Positions 26,958 to 39,217 of a DNA stretch of 39,687 nucleotides are shown here, in pieces; position 1 is the stretch's first letter; the number at the start of each line of letters is the position of its first letter. This stretch comes from Priapulus caudatus (lineage: Eukaryota). The stretch spans positions 1,369,455 through 1,409,141 of the forward strand of contig NW_014577062.1 of assembly GCF_000485595.1 (NCBI RefSeq), written 5' to 3'. The notes under the pieces are model-generated. The model did no database searches. It saw nothing but the letters and a program-made list of their open reading frames with translations, and had not been told where the DNA came from. The translations under genes were made by a program, and so were the position numbers.

Positions 26958-29291
26958 CTAGCTATTACCCGTACTCCAGACGGGTTTGAGTGGGGTATGA
27001 TTTGAAGATGGCGGTTTAACCATTTATCTCTCACTTTTAGTTGAGGATGTATTTACAGTAAATACTGATATGTAGACTCGAGTCATATACCAATATTTGT
27101 TTAAAAAATTGTATCTAAATATATATAAAATCTGAAATTTTACCTTAAAATTACATACAATTTTTCAAATAAAGGGAAATGGGGTGATTTCATAGTACAA
27201 TTTCACTTATTTAGATATTATTTTTTTAAATATCATTCTGGTATACGAAGCATCATTAATAAGTCAAATTCTTAAAAAAAAGCAAAATGCATTGAGTAGT
27301 TTTGAAGATATATGTTCTTGAAAGTCAGTGGACGGCGGCGGGCAGGGTTACACCTCCCGTTGTCAAATATTTGCACACACGCGCGCGCACGCACGGCCAC
27401 ACCGCATTCACACACACACGGGCATGCGCATGCACAATCGCACGCGCACACACGCACACACATACCAATTTACACACACACATACACGCACATGCACACG
27501 CACACACACGCATACATACATACACACACACGCACACGCACACACACGCATACATACATACACACACACACACGCACACGCACACGCACACGCACACGCA
27601 CACGCACACGCACACACGCACATGCACACACGCACACACATACAACTGCAGCCGTATCTCGTTGGGGTTTGTCTTAAATTTTCGTCTCACAGCTGTGCGC
27701 GGCAGTGATTGGCTGTTTATACACCGCAGCCGCAATGTCTTTGGTGTGTGCGTGTGCGCGCGTGCCGGTGTGCGTGCGTGCGTTCGTGCGTGCGTTCGTG
27801 CGTGCGTTCGTGCGTGCGTTTAGTGTGGCTTGCTATGCTAGGTGAAGGGTCCACCTAATTAAATGCTTATTATTATACCTTTAATCTACATTTAGTATAG
27901 CTACATTATCATTAAAACCCGTGAGAAAACACATTAATAGTTTAACACAATTTCAAAAGGTTATAGTATATATTGTGTGGTATGTGTGTGCTCTTAGACA
28001 ATCGAAACGGCGTCTAAAAATGTCAGCGCATTGGGAGCCGGGTAAGCGCGGACACGGTTACACCTCCCATTGTCAAATATTTTTACACACGCGCGCACGC
28101 ACGCACACACCGCATTCACACACATACGGCCATGCGCACGCACAATCACACGCGCACCCACGCACACACATACCACATTTACACACACGGGCGCGCACAC
28201 ACATACACGCACACGCACACGCGCACGCGCATGCACACGCGCATGCACACGCACACGCGCACGCGCATGCACAACAAAGCGATACATATACTGACTCCGG
28301 GATGAGATTTTTCGGCGGATCGCGGAAATCGGCGGATTTGACAGTCGCAGGGTCAATTTTGTGAAACGTGAAATTCGTTGAGAAAAATTGTGTGGGATAA
28401 GAATGTAAAAATGAAATTATACCTGAACAGTACCTGACAGTTGACTGACAGCAAAGTCAACAGCGGGTGTTTACAGCATAGCTAGCGTGTACCGCCCTGC
28501 CGCTAGTGCGTTACGTCCTCATGGCAAGCAGCGGTGCCGATTGATGTACGGGCGAACGATTGTTTCATGTCTATGGCGCGAAGCGATGCCGTGTGGGCGC
28601 CTGGGAGGGGAGAACGAAAGTACAACGAAAACCGGTAGCTCCCTCGTCCTATCGTTTCATCCTATGAGGGGTTGATAATTATTAAGGATGCGGACTCCTA
28701 TTTCTATCCCTGTATAGTGTACAGTATTTTGTAGTAATTTTAGACATGGCACTGTGTGATATGTGTTTATTGACAAATGCTGGATGTACAGGAAATACCA
28801 GAAATCAAGTAAGTCATGTTTAGAAAAAAATTATGAAGGTTGAAAAGCATGAAAATCTAGACTTACTTCAAGCCGTCTTCGTCCACGCCGTGATCTTGGA
28901 CGTTGCGGTAGCAGGTGATTCACATGCTCTGATTGGACTGCGCATGCGGATTTTGCGATTTTAAAATTTGGTGCGGGTTTCCGATGAGAGCACGTCAATT
29001 TACAAGTGATTCACGTAATCTGCTTGGACTCTGCGCATGCGGATTTTGCGATCTTAAAAGTTGGTGCGGTGTTTCCGATGAATGCGATGTTTCTTCGGCG
29101 CACATAACTTTTAGAAAATTGCCTCAAAAAGTTACTTTTGATTGCGAAAAATCGCGTTCTGAGCGTAGCGCGAATGTATTCGCGACGCCCAGAAGGGGCC
29201 CCAGCTCGATTCGCGTGAGCACACGCGGCACGGTTTACGAAGGAGATACGGAAACCGACACTTCGGCTCTTTCTACTATTATATTAGTAGA
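26958..29291 (-). mobile_element. Non-autonomous Helitron-like element, ~2.3 kb, both termini present
   Basis: On the minus strand it starts A|TCTACTAATATAATAG (TC at 29291-29290). It ends with a hairpin ACCCGT-7nt-ACGGGT (26967-26985), 5 nt, then CTAG|T (26961-26958). No TSD. The reconstructed empty site is ...atatatata|tacacg..., an AT dinucleotide. No Rep/helicase ORF. Confidence 0.72.
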
Positions 29292-30178
29292 TACACGCAT
29301 CGATCATTCCTGCGTTATACTAAGATTTCACACACGTGGTATTCACGAGCTGAAAAGAACTTGCCAAAATTTACCGAGTCTGTGTGGCCGAACTAACTTC
29401 ATCAAACATTTACTTACCTTTGGTTGAATGTAGCAAATTGACTGAAAGTCCTTCACTGATTTGAAGTTCACTCTGGACTGGAATTTTCAAGCGTCTGGCT
29501 GTTATGTCAATGCGTCACTGCATTTTCTGGCTTTTGTTGTACCTCAACCTCTAGTTCACGCCTGGCGTTGAATGTTTTCCTCCTGGTTCAGTATGTCCAA
29601 GGCGTAGCACAGGCGAGCGTCCTATTACAAGGCGATGACGTCTTATGTAGCAGACGCTCAAAACGCTTATATGCAGCGTCTGTAGCCTCCAGGACAACAG
29701 ACATGTGTCAATGCAAAAGAGAGCCTACACCAGCGTCTCGTCGTCATCCTCGATTTGTTTGCAATAACAATACAAACGCCTAGACGCGCAAAGTGTCTTA
29801 TATCGCTTACTGCAACCCCACTCCATAGCACGTCGGTCCACACCACTACCTCACACAAACACACACACACCCAACACACACAACACAGCAGCGACCACAC
29901 ACACACACACCACCACACACCGCACACACTGTTCACACACCACACACTGTTTCACCCACACACACACGACACACAACACACACACACACACACACACACA
30001 CTACACACTACACACATCACCACACACACACTATCACTACGACACACACACACTTCTCAACACACAACAGCGACGACACAGCACACACCACACACACGAC
30101 AGCACCACAGCACACACAGCACATACAGCTCATCACACACACGCCTTCTATCTCTCATGCTCACACACNNNNNNNNNN

Positions 30179-30504
30179 TGCACACGCACGCAGGCACGTA
30201 CGCACGCACGCATGCACGCAGGTGAACGTGCACATGCACGCAGGCACGTACGCACGCACGCATGCACGCAGGTGAACGTGCACACGCACGCACGCACGTG
30301 TACGTGCACACGCACGCACGCACGCACGCACGTGTACGTGCACACGCACGCACACACTCATGCACGCACGAACGTGTACCTGCACACACACACGCACGCA
30401 CGCACGTGTACGTGAACACGCACGCACTTACACACGCACGCACGCACGTATGTACGCACGTATAAGTGCACACGCACGCACGTCTACGTGCACATTCATG
30501 CACG
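30179..30504. repeat. (CACG)-rich minisatellite with a 50-bp duplicated unit
   Basis: tgcacacgcacgcaggcacgtacgcacgcacgcatgcacgcaggtgaacg at 30179 and a near-identical copy at 30229. Confidence 0.9.
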
Positions 30505-30737
30505 ACTAGGCGATTTCACCCGCGATTTAGTCGCTCGATTTAGTCGCCCGATTTAATCGCCTAGTGTGTCCACTCGACTCGCGCGATAGAATCGGGCGAT
30601 TTAGTCGCCCGATTTAGTCGCCCGATTTAGTCGCCCGATTTAATCGCCTAGTGTGTCCACTCGACTCGCGCGATAGAATCGGGCGATTTAGTCGCCCGAT
30701 TTAGTCGCCCGATTAAATCGCCTAGTGTGTCCGGCCC
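30505..30737. mobile_element. PIF/Harbinger-like MITE with 13-bp internal repeats (CGATTTAGTCGCC); left terminus truncated
   Basis: Right end is AAATCGCCTAGTGTGTCCGGCCC|TGA, and ACTAGGCGATTT at 30505-30516 is the reverse complement of its inner part. GGGC-type terminus with a TNA flank. Helitron similarity resumes right after the TGA. Confidence 0.6.
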
Positions 30738-30740
30738 TGA

Positions 30741-31469
30741 AGCGATGCCGTGTATGGAGCATGTTTATGACTACGTAGGAGTGACGGGCGCCTGGGAGGG
30801 GAGAACGAAAGTAAAACAAAAACCGGTAGTTCCCTCGTCCTATCGTTTTATCCTAAGAAGGGTTGATAATTATTAAGGATGCGGACTCCTATTTCTATCC
30901 CTGGTATAGTGTACAGTATTTTGTAGTATTTTATGACATGGCACTGTGTGATATGTGTTTATTGACAAATGCTGGATGTACAGGAAATACCAAAAATCAA
31001 GTAAGTCATGTTTAGAAAAAAATTATAAAGGTTGAAAAGCATGAAAATCGAGACTTACTTCAAGACGTCTTCGTCCACGCCGTGATCTTGGATGTTGCGG
31101 TAGCAGGTGATTCACATGCTCTGATTTGACTGCGCATGCGAATTTGGCGATCTTAAAATTTGGTGCGGGTTTCCGATGAGAGCACGTCAATCACAAGGTG
31201 ATTCACGTACTCTGCTTGGACTGCGCATGCAGATTTTGCGATCTTAAAAGTTGGTGCGGGTTTCCGCCGATGAATGCCGAAGTTTCTTCGGGCACATAAC
31301 TTTTTAGAAAATTACCTCCAAAAGTCACTTAACGATGGAAAAATCGCGTTCTAACGTAGCGGAATGTATTCGCAACGCCCAGAAGGGACCCCAGCTTGAT
31401 TCGCGCGAGCACACGCGGCACAGTTTCGGAGGAGATACGGAAAACGTATATATACTATTATATAGTAGA
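30741..31469 (-). mobile_element. Partial second copy (5' portion) of the Helitron-like family
   Basis: Collinear with ~28582-29291, with numerous substitutions and a 32-bp extra segment. Ends tactattatatagtaga|t (minus strand A|TCTACTA) next to TA-rich sequence. Confidence 0.75.
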
Positions 31470-31565
31470 TATATATACGGCTCTTCGTACTACCACTTCA
31501 CGGCTCACTTTACCACTACGGCTCTTCATTAACTTTTGACTCGTATATATATATATATATATATA

Positions 31566-33014
31566 TCGTCTCGGAACACATTTCGTGGAATGCGTCTGTC
31601 TGTTGTTATTACGTCAGCGGCAACCTGATATATAACTGAACGGAATCCGGGCTATCACGCTACACGGCTCACTGACCGAATTCCTAGTTGGTATTTTGCT
31701 CAGCCGGCTCTCATCGTTGCGCAAGGCAAAGGTTAAACCGTACGCGGCTGGTCACGCAACCGTCAACCAGCCCGCGTCTTTCATTACAATTCTTCCCGAG
31801 ATCGTCTGCGCACCACTGGCAAGCCGCTCGCGCTCACGTCGAACGTTCTCCGAGTTTTCCTGATTTAGTCCGGCCCACCGCACGCCGCGTCCGCCGCACA
31901 ACCGGCCGGCCTGCGTCGCAGAGTGTAGCCTGCGCCCCGCTCACGCGACGCGCGAGACAGTCTAATCAACCGACCCACACGACACTGTATCGAGTCGCAA
32001 TTGACGCGGAAGATGGCAGCTAGGAAAAATCCGCCGTGGTCACGCTGTGTGCCGTATGCCGTTCATCCGAAAAAAGCGCGTCCAACAATGCCCGCCAGAT
32101 AATCGGATTAGTGAGGCCGGCGGAGGGGGTGCCGTTTTACTAATCCTCTTAGCTGCATGACCCTAGCAACGTCAATGCAGGCATCCATCCGACAAACATT
32201 CAGTAATGCGACGCATCTACGCTAAACTAGTCGTGTTATTGGTAAAGCTTACACTAATTGTATGGTAAAGTACACCAGTCGTACGGTAAGATACACTAGT
32301 CGTACGGGGAAAAAACACTAGTCGTACGGCAAAGTACATTAATCGTATGCTGTTAAAGTACATTAATCGTATGCGCTAAAGCTACACTAATCATATAGAT
32401 AAAAGTACACTAGTCTGCTACGGTTAAAGTACACTTAATAGTAATGGTAAAGCTACACTAGTCGTACGGTAAAGTACACTAATCGTACGGGAAAGTGCAC
32501 TTATCGCTATATGTAAAGTGCACTATACATACATAACATGTAGTATACTAGTCCTACTATACGGCATAGCCTACGCAAGTTGTACGGTAGGCTACATTAG
32601 TAGTACGCGATAGGCCCTACATTAGTACGTACGGAGGTACATTAGTAGACGCGCTATGCGATACATTAGTATCGGTAAACTACACTATTCGTACGATAGA
32701 CTAATTCGTCTACGATAAAGCATTCGTACTGTAACGTTAACTATCTGTGCGTCTATCTGGCCGGCAACAGAAAACAATTAGATGATACGAATGCACTATG
32801 CCCGAACGCGGCGTTTCTTAAACTTTATTAGCTTTTTAGCCTGAATGGGGGCTGCCATAAAGGCTTTGCTAAATCGCTAGAATTCCAATGAACGGTAATC
32901 AGCGTGCGTGGGTGGCAAGCAGAGAACCGTGAGGTAGCATGTGCAATGACAGGTGCGTTCCAACGTTAAATTCACACTCCCCTTCTCTCGCTCGCCTTCT
33001 TTCCCTCTATTCTC
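31566..33014 (+). repeat. Indel-rich direct duplicate of ~24371-25675, ending at a 10-N gap
   Basis: Collinear from tcgtctcgga to cgccttctttccctct. Mostly single-base insertions in this copy. Both copies start just after (TA)n. Confidence 0.93.
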
Positions 33015-33118
33015 NNNNNNNNNNGTGTGTGTGTGTGTGTGTGTGCGTATGTGTATGTGTGCATGCGTGCGCGCGCATGTGTGTGATAGTAAAACGGAAA
33101 CTATTTTATGCTCTCCGC

Positions 33119-33862
33119 TACGGAAGCCGCCTAGTGCCGGCGCGGTCACCTTTTTCGCAGCCGGCGACGTCACGTTTTTTCTCAGCCGGCGACGTCACGT
33201 TTTATATATATGTCGTTGTCGTCGTCGTCATTTTTAGTCATCATTTAGCCGTCGTCGTCACCTTTCGTCGTCATTTAGTCGTCGTCGTCATCATTACTCG
33301 CCCTGACAAGGCTAAAACAGCATCGCGAGCGAGCGAAAACACGTGACCGTGCCGGCTGCGAAAAAGGTGACGGCGCCGATTCTGCTCGCTCGCCGCCGCT
33401 GCCGTGCTTTCGCTCGCTCGCGGTGCTGTGTTTTAGCCTTGTCAGGGCGAGTAATGATGATGACGTCGACTAACAATGACGACGACGTCGACGACGAAAA
33501 ACGTGACGTCGCCGGCTGCGCAAAACGTGACCGCGCCGGCTACGAAAAACGTGACCGCGCCGGCTACGAAAAACGTGACGGCGCCGGCTGCGAAAAAGGC
33601 GACCGTGCCGATTCTGCTCGCTCGCCGCCGCCGCCGTGTTTTCGCTCGCTCGCGGTGCTGTGTTTTAGCCTTGTCAGTGCGAGTAATGATGATGACGTCG
33701 ACTAACAATGACGACGACGTCGACGACGGAAAACGTGACGTCGCCGGCTGCGAAAGAACGTGACGTCGCCGGTTGCGAAAAAGGTGACCGCGCCGGCTAC
33801 GAAAAACGTGACGGCGCCGGCTATGAAAAACGTGACCGCGCCGGCACTAGGCGGCTTCCGTA
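33119..33862. mobile_element. Non-autonomous foldback DNA transposon, IS3EU-like (744 bp)
   Basis: Perfect 31-bp TIR TACGGAAGCCGCCTAGTGCCGGCGCGGTCAC / GTGACCGCGCCGGCACTAGGCGGCTTCCGTA. 6-bp TSD CTCCGC at 33113-33118 and 33863-33868. TAY...RTA termini with a 6-bp TSD is the described IS3EU signature. 24-bp subterminal repeats occur in both orientations. Confidence 0.85.
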
Positions 33863-34611
33863 CTCCGCGCTCGTTTTACGCGGCAAAAAAATACGCAGTG
33901 TTTCTACCCGTCTACATTCGCACGTACGTAATTGTATCTGCACCGTGACAATAACGCGCGGTACTCACGCGCTCTGCAACATCAAAAAGAAACACGCGCG
34001 AGAAAGCCGGAGTCGCTCGGGAGGCCAATGCAAACAGGGCGGGAGGGGGGGGGCTGTCGATAAAATTTGTGTTTAGCATTTGCGGTATAGCTGTTAGAAA
34101 GAACGATTTCTACGCGATACCGATTGTTTTCGCAGCGGTCTGCTCTAGTTAAAAAGTGAGATTATCGCATGAAAAATTAGTCGCATGACAAGACGTGTTC
34201 CGGAACTAACCTTGGTTTAGCCTGCGGACATGCCGCGCGTACGGGGTCTCTCCGTAGAGGTTGCAAACGCAGCGGCAGCTCCGATTGATCTTTTTGAGTC
34301 TATCGCCAAAATTTATGCATGCCGGCGTCAGCGTAAGGCTCAGCGATTTTTGTGCGAAAGAGACACTTGCGCGGTGACGTCACGTCAGACGAACTTCAGT
34401 AAATACATTTCATTTGAAGATCTGCGCGGCGCTTTATACACCGGGCTCTCCGATTCTTGCGGCCGCCTCTGCTGCAGCTGCGCATCCGACTAGTATTATG
34501 CAAGCCGTCGTACACGTAGTTTAAACCCTGCCGTTTGTTACGTTACGCCCTGGGTCCGCCGCACACTATCCACCGTCACATGCAGCCGTGTGTGAAGTCG
34601 CATGTAAACAC

Positions 34612-35274
34612 CAGTGTTGTAGTCGAGTCCGCACCCCCCGAGTCCGAGTTCGAGTCCGAGTCCGAGTCCGAGTCCGCGCCACCCGAGTCCGAGTCTGAGT
34701 CCGAGTCCACACCACCCGAGTTCGAGTCCGAGTCCGAGTCCAGAAAAAAAGAAAAAAATCGCAACAGTGCATCGTAGACATTCGAAAGTGTATATTCAGC
34801 CGAAAACACAGAGACACGAGTCATACGAAACTTGTCAAAGTAACGGATCCATTTGTGTTTTACGAGAATGACACGGCTTGCTGAACCAAATGAGAGAGTG
34901 CTAGTACCTTCGAAATGGTAGAAGAAGAGAAAGAAGTGGTAGAAAAAGCGCAAAGAGACGAAGCGACAGCAGATTCAAACCAAAGGGACAAGAATCTTAA
35001 TCGAGCCATTGAAAACGTTACAAGATTAGGCCGTGTAGGACCTATCTAGAAAACCTAGGAGTTTTAGTTTTAAATTCTTGTAAACTGCGTGTTACAATAT
35101 GTACAGTTGTGTACTATGTATGTAGTGGCCTCGAGCCGACCTCGACCCGAGTCCTCGAGTCCGGAGGGCTCGAGTCCGAGTCCGAGTCCGAGTCATTTCA
35201 CTCCGAAGCCAAGACCGAGACCGAGACCAAGGAAAACGGTCTCGAGGCCGGTCTCGAGGCCGGTCTTAACACTG
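34612..35274. mobile_element. hAT-superfamily MITE (663 bp)
   Basis: Termini CAGTGTT...AACACTG. Perfect 8-bp TSD GTAAACAC at 34604-34611 and 35275-35282. Subterminal (GAGTCC)n, (CCGAGA)n and CTCGAG repeats. Confidence 0.88.
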
Positions 35275-36519
35275 GTAAACACACTCACAGCTCTGCCGGC
35301 AAACAGCAGCGGCTAGCGTCCTAATTGGCACTAATTGCTCAGCAAGCAAGCGGCGAGAGAACGTCGGGCTGGGTCGTACGTGCATGCATGCGTGCGTGCG
35401 TGCGTGCGTGCTTTGCTGCTCGGCCGACCGTCGCATGAGCGCTGCAGCAGCAGCGTCTCCGCTCGTCAATTAACGAACGGTATCACGTTACGGAGTGCTG
35501 CCCGAGATTGATCACGGCTTGTATGCACACGAACCACAGACGCGCGTACATGCATGCGTGCGTGCATGCGTGCGTGCGTGCGTGCGTGCGTGCGAGTATC
35601 ACCGTTCGTCCGACATGCCCTAATTGCACACGCGCACGCACGCACTTGCACCACGCATATACACGAGCGCAGGCACACGCGTATACTTGACTGTTCTCAC
35701 GCACGCTTATAGACGCACGCACGCATGCACGCACACACTGATTGTTGTTGCGTGCTCACGTGCTGGCGTGTAATGCCAGTCGTAATTTTAAATCTGATGA
35801 AGTCGCAGCGAGGTCCTAATAGTATGCACAGCATTACGCCACACGGTTTAAACGTATGTCAGACTTGCACTATATGACTTTGCAACTTATATCATCGCAT
35901 GCACTCAGAATACTACACGCAATAACCCTCAGCCATCATGCAATAATAATAGAAATTCTTAAGCACGATTTTCGCGCTATTGTAACTTTAGAGGATGTGC
36001 GCTATTTATACAATCTATAAATGGACTTTAAGCTACAATTAATACAAGAATATGGTATATAACATAAACTAAAATATAACCCCTGTACTAAACGGGATAA
36101 GCCCTCAGCGACCCTAGACAGGGATGAGAGATTCGCAAACACAGTCGCTTTCTATGGAGCTGTGTGACGCACGCATAACTAATCGTGCATTCAACATCAA
36201 TTTTATAGATAAGCGTGATTAGATTATTTCGACGTATCACATCAATTAAAAAATCTTCGGGTTTATTTTCAAGAGCGTCGTAATTAAATTACGAGGCGGA
36301 ACGAATTTTGAAGAACTAATTTGACTGCAGATCGAATAACAACTTCATAGCGCCAAGCAAGATGAGCGCCATCACCATTTTACAACTCCGAGACGCCGGC
36401 GACGCAAAAACTATCTTAGAGGCATTCGAATTTAAAATATTTAGAAAAGGCCTGATACTGTTAAGCCTGTTCCGACATCCATTTTGCGTTTAGTTAACCT
36501 TATGTGAACTATGTCGCAT

Positions 36520-36655
<136 letters not shown>

Positions 36656-38769
36656 TGCAAGCATGCGCTGGATTGCAACCGCACGAAGCCAGCGAAATCA
36701 AACAACATCTAGAAAGCAGACGGCGATGTTTACACGCGGGTAAATTACGCGTGGCGGAGATAACGACCGTCCGCTTGCCGCAGCTGATATATCCCTCAAT
36801 ATGGATACAAACATCGAATAGCCTCGGACATGCTAATCGGAGCAGTCAGCGGTGCGCGCATTCCCAGAAAATATCGCAGATAATGTTATGTCAAAAAAAT
36901 ACCAATTATTATTACATTAGATCGTTAGTACGCGATACAGCTCTGCTGCTGCTGCTGCGGCTTCATCTCTCGCTCCATGGGAACTGGTGCGTGCGTGGGA
37001 GCATGATCAGGGAGAATGCCGCCGCTGCGGTATACTGTGCGCGACAGGCAACCGTAATGATAGTATAAACGTCGTGACTGTATACGCCCGATTCCATACA
37101 TGCATAGATGATCACGTCGTGAGAGCACGCTCGCAGTTAATTGCATTTTAATCTGCACCTCTCCGTCCTTTCTCTCGGTCGTGTACAGACGGCGCGTCGC
37201 ATTGTGCCGTAGCGTAGCAGCACCGTGATTATTAACCCGCGACTTAATTTACTTGATTAAGTTTTGCTATTGTGCACCGTGACGGGGGAATTATCGGCAC
37301 TCTCCATCGCTGGCGCATGCGCACACCGGCCATCCGTTTCTCGCGCTATTATCGCGCGCTCATTGCCAAGTAAAATGTGTCCGCATAGCCAGCCAGCAGC
37401 ACTACGTTACGTTTGCGTGGTGCGCAGTAAAGTGTATAATAATTATATGCGAGAAGCGTATAATGATAATTATGTGCATGCACCTTTCACATACGATCTA
37501 CGTTGTACCGCCTAATGCAGCAGCAGCAACTATGGTTTATGACCTGCTGCTCTACGCTCCCTCTCCCTCCCCCCTCCCCCCGCCAGCGACCGCCGCGCCA
37601 CCCACGACACCCACAGTGACAAGACTGCACTGAATGAAGTTACGTCAGGCGTGCAAGTCAGTGTAATACATAAAGATACGGCGAGATATGTCTGCCTCGA
37701 TTCTGTCGCCGACGGCCATACATCGTCATCACTCTTATAGTTCGCGAAGATTACCCTATATATATATATCGTAGGCGGCGTCTGAATGAACGAATCTTTG
37801 CGTGCGTGGTTCGCTGTGTGTACGCTATACCGAAATATACGCTCTCGCATCGTGCTGTGTATCAGCCCACGCGCGGCAGTCAGCCAGTCACACGCTGATG
37901 TTAAACAGTGTTGAATTCGCACAAAGGCGAATGCTCAGCGAAACGAATTCATTAAACTCCGAGATTGAATCGCCAGTTTAATATGTTCAGATGGCGAGGA
38001 GTCTTGCAGGATCACGGATAGTAATATTACGGCATTATAAACACGAGAATGAATGCGGCAGAGGGCAAGTGTTGTTGAGCAGCTATTGTCTGCAGTGCGC
38101 TTTCGTCCGCATATAGGAAGAAGCTTTTAACGGTTCGGCAACAGTACGGCTTTTCTAGTAAGCGCTATTCGAATGAGGAACGTGCCATCTCAAACCGATG
38201 AAATGAGAAAGACTTCGGATTAACTTTGTTTGCGTCATCTCTATTCTGGCAGGAAAATTCGTTTGCCACAGCGAAATTTAATAATAGATTCGACTACTTC
38301 CATTTCTGAATATATCACTAGCCATACGTTCTACCACGTCTACGTATGGAGAGAGTGTGGGGCAAGTACGATGTGCATCTACAGCAAGCTAAACACAGAG
38401 TGAACCATACTATCCGTTATATTCAAAATTCCAAAGAGAGCCAGCCACAGACTGTATTAACAGGAACTTCTAACGATGAACCCAATCGTAGATTCTAGCA
38501 CAACAATGTTTCATCATGTCTCTACTATTAACGGCAAGGTCTAATGCTACCATCTACCCGATCTAACGTTACTAGCTCCATGGTACAATAGCTACATGTA
38601 GCCAATTTGCTAACATTGTTTAACTACATGGTATGTGATTGCGATGGCCTGGTGGCCTTAATATTCAATCTAAATCTGCTTAGTTACGCAATGGATGCTA
38701 TGCAGACATACATGGATATAAAAGCTAAATTTGCCGGACGGACGGACAGCCCGACCGCCAGAGAAAGGT

Positions 38770-39118
38770 GGGAGTGGTGACAAAGACATGAAGAAGAATG
38801 AAGAAGAGAGAAGAGGCCATGAAGGAAATTAAAAAACGAGAGTGAGACTGATAGAGAAAGAGGTGACAGTGAGAGTGAGCAAAGCGAGAGAAATGGAAAG
38901 AGATCGAAGGCGAGATCTAATGCGGAAGCCGCTGAACGGGAGAAAGAGATAGATGGAGTGCGAAAAAGAAAGAATGAGAGAATAGAGAAAGAGAGAGAAG
39001 GAGAGGGAGCGAGAGAGAGAGAGAGAGAAAGAGAGATAGATCAAAAGAGAGACAGAGGGAGTAAGAAGAAAGAAAAGATAGATAGATAGATCGATAGTGT
39101 GTGAGAGCGAGAGACAAC

Positions 39119-39217
<99 letters not shown>

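Noticed and set aside
29592..29783. Candidate exon 2 after ttttcctcctggttcag (phase 0, reads YVQGVAQAS...)
   Set aside because: Only a faint resemblance to the expected linker. It lacks the Cys pair and Gly-X-Y continuation, has no clear donor, and adjoins error-rich sequence; RNA-seq would be needed.
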